From positions 224,001-288,000 of the forward strand of contig CAWFUG010000011.1 of assembly GCA_963818965.1 (NCBI GenBank): a stretch of DNA of 64,000 nucleotides, read 5' to 3'. The notes under the pieces were generated by a model. That model made no database searches. It was not told the DNA's origin and saw nothing but the letters and a program-made list of their open reading frames with translations. A program made the translations under genes and the position numbers. Source of the DNA: an uncultured Verrucomicrobiae bacterium. GTDB lineage: Bacteria; Chlamydiota; Chlamydiia; Chlamydiales; Rhabdochlamydiaceae. Each line of letters opens with the position of its first letter. Positions within the stretch are counted from its first letter, which is position 1. Positions 60,447 through 64,000 of the stretch are shown piece by piece.

Positions 60447-60623
60447 GGCGTTTGTTGCGTACCGTCTGACTAGGCGCAGTATGACTCCCCGTTACTCCAT
60501 TCTGAATAGATGCACTTTCACCACAGAGCTGAAAAAACACAGAGAGGAGATTTTTTAATATGAATTTTCTCTCTGTGGTTTTCCAGCTCTGTGGTGAAAT
60601 TCAGCTATTTATGCAACAAAGCC
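60447..60623 (+). mobile_element. Family A MITE
   Basis: ggcgtttgttgcg...gcaacaaagcc ends, ACCACAGAG hairpin and a degenerate family B end. Confidence 0.85.
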
Positions 60624-60625
60624 TA

Positions 60626-62434
60626 TTAGACCAGACCCAATTTGATGAGAATCGCCAACCCAACATCCCAAGCTCCTGCAGAATGTCCAGAGGAAAAGAG
60701 CTGCTGAAATTTATACAAATCATCGGGGACTTTAAGAGTCCATCTCATCGCTTCTTCCAAAGACCCTGCATCGAGATGGCGACTAAATTCTGCTCTTGCC
60801 TCTGCGATTTCTTTGATGATTTTTTCAGCGACCTCTTCCATGCCAAACTCTTGGAATAGACCCACCTTCTCCAGAGAATGAGGGATTTGTTCCGCATACT
60901 CGAGCGCCTCTTCTTTTGTCCTTAAGCGAAGTAAAAACTCTAATTTGAGCAGTTGTTGCCTAAAGTCCTGGTGTACGGGAATAAGTTCTCCAAGATATTC
61001 GCGTACAAATGCATTTTCAGGTAGCATGATGAGCTTCTTGTATTCTTTCTTCCAAAGACGCTCTTGGAAGCATTGCCAGAGTTTATTTTGCGAGGGTTCG
61101 CCATTGGCCAAAAGAGTGGGTAAAAAAGCGGCGATTTCTTCTGTCAGACCAAAACGTAAAAACACATCGCACCTCTCTACAGGGTCCATAATCTGCTGTG
61201 CCTCCGCAATGATCTGCTCTATTAAACCGAGAGATCCTAATACATAAAAGCGGCACCCAAGATCTTCAATGCTGTTTGCTAGTTCGATGACTTTTTCTCT
61301 TAAGCCGACTTTTAAAAGAAGCTCACATTTTATTTGTTTGTCAAAGATGCTTTTAGCTTTCATCTCATCGATCGCTTCGATTGCCAGAGCCTCCAATCCA
61401 TAACAACTCATAAGCGTGTGAACATAGCGCTTGATGCGATCATTATTGTTAGACATTCTGAATTGGGGTACCAATAGGGGAAGCACCTGGGCATGTATTT
61501 TGGCTACCTCTTCAGAAACATCCCCATAACCGAGTCTGGAGTTAAGTTGGCAGCAATGCAAATTAAATAGATGCTGAAAAATTTCATCCTTTGATTCAAG
61601 CCAATAGTTCTTTGTGTGTTCTAGGAAATCAAATGCAGCATCGAGATGACCCGACTTGTAGAGAATTTCATAAAAATTCTGCAACAAGTCATCACGAACT
61701 CCTGTAGATAAGCGCACACCGCTATCCGACTTCAATAGATGTTTCATCACGCGCATCGCTGTAAAAACATCCCCACTCTCCAATACTAAGGATAGGTTTT
61801 TAGTCGAGTAAAGATAGCTTTTATGCGAAGGATCTGCAGTGCGGATAAAGAGCTTTGCAGCCTCAAGATATCCCATACTCAGATAGCCCTCACTCATTTT
61901 GCCAAATTGGCGTCCATAACTTAGCAAGGGCGAATAGTGCAAATCCGGGATGGAGTTACAAGCTTCATTCATATGACAGACCGATTCTAGACCTAAAAAC
62001 TGGAGAAGCTCTCTTTTAAAACGAGAGTCGCTAGTTTCTCGGACAATTCGCTCAAATTGATCAGGATATTGAGTGCAGAGCTCTTTAAAACAAGGCATCA
62101 ACAGATAGGATACATTTTCAGAGGAAACGCGTTTATCTAACAACTCCCCAGATTGTGACTGGGAGTTCAACCGTTGAACCATTTCAGTGCAGACCGTTTG
62201 CAATCGGGCCTGTACTGGATCATTTCCGTCCAAACAGCATACGGTTCCCTCTGAAAAATCGATTACCTCCTTCCTCGTCCTCTCGTTTCTGTTCATGAGT
62301 AGGGAAATCACGAGCTCATTTAGCTCTTTATCGACTGAGCGCAGATTTTGTAATGTTAAGGGGGTGCACCAACTGGCGACATTCCAGCAGCACTCCGTGG
62401 GCAAATCTTTTATTATAGAAAATCCTTGAGACAT
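60626..62434 (-). CDS. F-box-like N-terminus plus helical-repeat protein (paralog 2)
   Basis: DLPTECCWNVASWCTPLTLQNLRSVDKELNELV. Shares DPVERCDVFLR and LKLEFLLRL blocks with paralog 1. Confidence 0.75.
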   Translation of the reverse strand: MSQGFSIIKDLPTECCWNVASWCTPLTLQNLRSVDKELNELVISLLMNRNERTRKEVIDFSEGTVCCLDGNDPVQARLQTVCTEMVQRLNSQSQSGELLDKRVSSENVSYLLMPCFKELCTQYPDQFERIVRETSDSRFKRELLQFLGLESVCHMNEACNSIPDLHYSPLLSYGRQFGKMSEGYLSMGYLEAAKLFIRTADPSHKSYLYSTKNLSLVLESGDVFTAMRVMKHLLKSDSGVRLSTGVRDDLLQNFYEILYKSGHLDAAFDFLEHTKNYWLESKDEIFQHLFNLHCCQLNSRLGYGDVSEEVAKIHAQVLPLLVPQFRMSNNNDRIKRYVHTLMSCYGLEALAIEAIDEMKAKSIFDKQIKCELLLKVGLREKVIELANSIEDLGCRFYVLGSLGLIEQIIAEAQQIMDPVERCDVFLRFGLTEEIAAFLPTLLANGEPSQNKLWQCFQERLWKKEYKKLIMLPENAFVREYLGELIPVHQDFRQQLLKLEFLLRLRTKEEALEYAEQIPHSLEKVGLFQEFGMEEVAEKIIKEIAEARAEFSRHLDAGSLEEAMRWTLKVPDDLYKFQQLFSSGHSAGAWDVGLAILIKLGLV

Positions 62435-62589
62435 AATTAATCCTGTTTTTCACATTATTAGTATTCGTTATATAATACAATTATTCACATTTAATTTAAA
62501 TTATAAAAAAATATTTAATTAAACATTCTACTTAACAAAAGAGCCCAGAAATACCCCTTCCAAAAGAATCGAAAATCGGCCAAAATAAT

Positions 62590-62767
62590 GGCGTTGTTGC
62601 GTAATTCATGAGGACCTAATCTATATAGGTCCCCGTTACTCCATTCTGAATGTATGCAATTTCACCACAGAGAAGGAAAACCACAGAGAGAAAATTCATA
62701 TTAAAAAATTTCCTATCTGCGGTTTTCCTTCTCTGTGGTGAAATTCAGCTATTTATGCAACAACAGC
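62590..62767 (+). mobile_element. Complete family A MITE with a 9-bp target duplication
   Basis: ggcgttgttgc...gcaacaacagc flanked by caaaataat on both sides. Confidence 0.88.
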
Positions 62768-62815
62768 CAAAATAATCCCGAGAATTGAAGAAAAGTTTTA
62801 CTGAGATAGGTTTCT

Positions 62816-64000
62816 ATGTCTACCGCTTCACACGACACCGACTCCCTCTTTGCGCACCTCAATCCCGACCAGAAAAAAGCCGTGCGGGCAACGGAGGGGC
62901 GCGTGCTCATCCTCGCGGGAGCTGGCAGTGGCAAGACGAGTGTCCTTTCCTACCGGATCGCCCATCTGCTCAAGAATAAACAGGTCGACCCAGAGGCGAT
63001 TTTAGGGCTGACGTTTACGAATAAAGCAGCTCAAGAGATGCGTGAGCGGGTGGGAAAGCTCGTTACGTCGAAGGTGGCAAAGAAGATCACGCTGAGCACG
63101 TTTCACAGTTTTTGCATGCGTCTCTTGCGCAAAGAGATCCACCATCTGGGATTCACCCCCAACTTCACCCTCTACGATGAAAAGGACACGCGCCGGCTCA
63201 GCATGCAGCTCGCGCGCCACCTTCTCGAGCACGAGGGAGAGCTGCCTTCTTTGGAAAAGACTCTCTCTAAAATCGCCTTCGCTAAAAGTCGAGGGCTTTC
63301 CTCGGATGAGATGGCTAAAAGTTCCACTGATTGGGAGGATTCTTTTAGCAAAGATCTCTTCGAGCGGCTCCACACTTCGATGCGCGCTTACAATGCGGTT
63401 GATTTCGATAGCCTCCTGTCCTTGACTGTGCAGCTCTTCAACGAACACCCAGAAGTGCTGCAACGGTACCAAGAGCGCTACCGCTACATCATGATCGACG
63501 AGTACCAAGATACCAATCCCGTCCAGTACCAATTGGCAAGGCTTCTCTCCAGTGCGCATGACAACCTCTGCGTCGTCGGCGACGATGACCAATCGATCTA
63601 CGGATGGCGCGGGGCTGAGATTAAGAACATCTTGCATTTCGAATCTTCCACAGTCATCAAGTTAGAGCAGAACTACCGTTCGACACCGACGATTCTCAAT
63701 GCAGCCAATGCCGTCATCGCCCACAATGAAGCAAGACATGCCAAACAGCTCTGGAGCACGGCGGAAAGCGGCGATCTCATCACCCTCTTTCATGCCCCGA
63801 CAGAGCAAGAAGAAGCGCAAGCGGTCGTCCAGCGGATGATCAAATTGCACAAGGATCGCAAGATCCCGTGGAAGGAGATGGCCATTTTGTATCGCTCTAA
63901 TATCTTATCGCGCGCTTTTGAGCTCGCTCTCATGCAGGCAATATGGGAAAAAGAGGGGCAATGGGTCCGCGGCATCCCCTTTGAGGTCTTCGGCGGAACG
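62816..64000 (+). CDS. UvrD/Rep/PcrA-family DNA helicase (3' partial)
   Basis: LNPDQKKAV, LAGAGSGKT, LTFTNKAA, TFHS, IDEYQDTN, VGDDDQSIYGWRGA and LEQNYRS motifs, translated by eye; runs off the window. Confidence 0.93.
   Translation, partial: MSTASHDTDSLFAHLNPDQKKAVRATEGRVLILAGAGSGKTSVLSYRIAHLLKNKQVDPEAILGLTFTNKAAQEMRERVGKLVTSKVAKKITLSTFHSFCMRLLRKEIHHLGFTPNFTLYDEKDTRRLSMQLARHLLEHEGELPSLEKTLSKIAFAKSRGLSSDEMAKSSTDWEDSFSKDLFERLHTSMRAYNAVDFDSLLSLTVQLFNEHPEVLQRYQERYRYIMIDEYQDTNPVQYQLARLLSSAHDNLCVVGDDDQSIYGWRGAEIKNILHFESSTVIKLEQNYRSTPTILNAANAVIAHNEARHAKQLWSTAESGDLITLFHAPTEQEEAQAVVQRMIKLHKDRKIPWKEMAILYRSNILSRAFELALMQAIWEKEGQWVRGIPFEVFGGT

Overview
Chromosomal window from an environmental member of the Chlamydiota. 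This is inferred from the fused glyQS, the chlamydial-type L36/S14/L34-rnpA and prs-rplY-pth-rpsF-rpsR-rplI-ispE gene order, a MOMP-like porin and F-box effectors. Housekeeping genes (sthA, rpmB, truA, map, htpX, hldE/hldD, ribosomal cluster, tRNA-Gln, glgA, rlmN, glyQS, dnaG, mutS, uvrC, a UvrD-type helicase) are interleaved with accessory material. (1) An AT-rich ~6.1 kb island sits between two copies of the map 3' end and carries broken toxin-like and FKBP-like genes. (2) A tandem pair of YopT/C58-like cysteine-protease candidates has an IS607-derived element inserted at the first copy's 3' end; the element has tnpA internally deleted, tnpB intact and a predicted omegaRNA. (3) There are four F-box proteins, two membrane-anchored proteins with cryptic kinase-like motifs and a signal-peptide-bearing Mesh1-like hydrolase. 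(4) A dense, modular and nested set of palindromic MITE-like repeats is present (IS903-like ends, TATAC...GTATA ends, GAGCCTGTCTAC ends), one of them apparently inserted in frame inside ispE. No CRISPR array or rRNA was seen. A frameshift in the essential rnpA means some frameshifts may be assembly errors.
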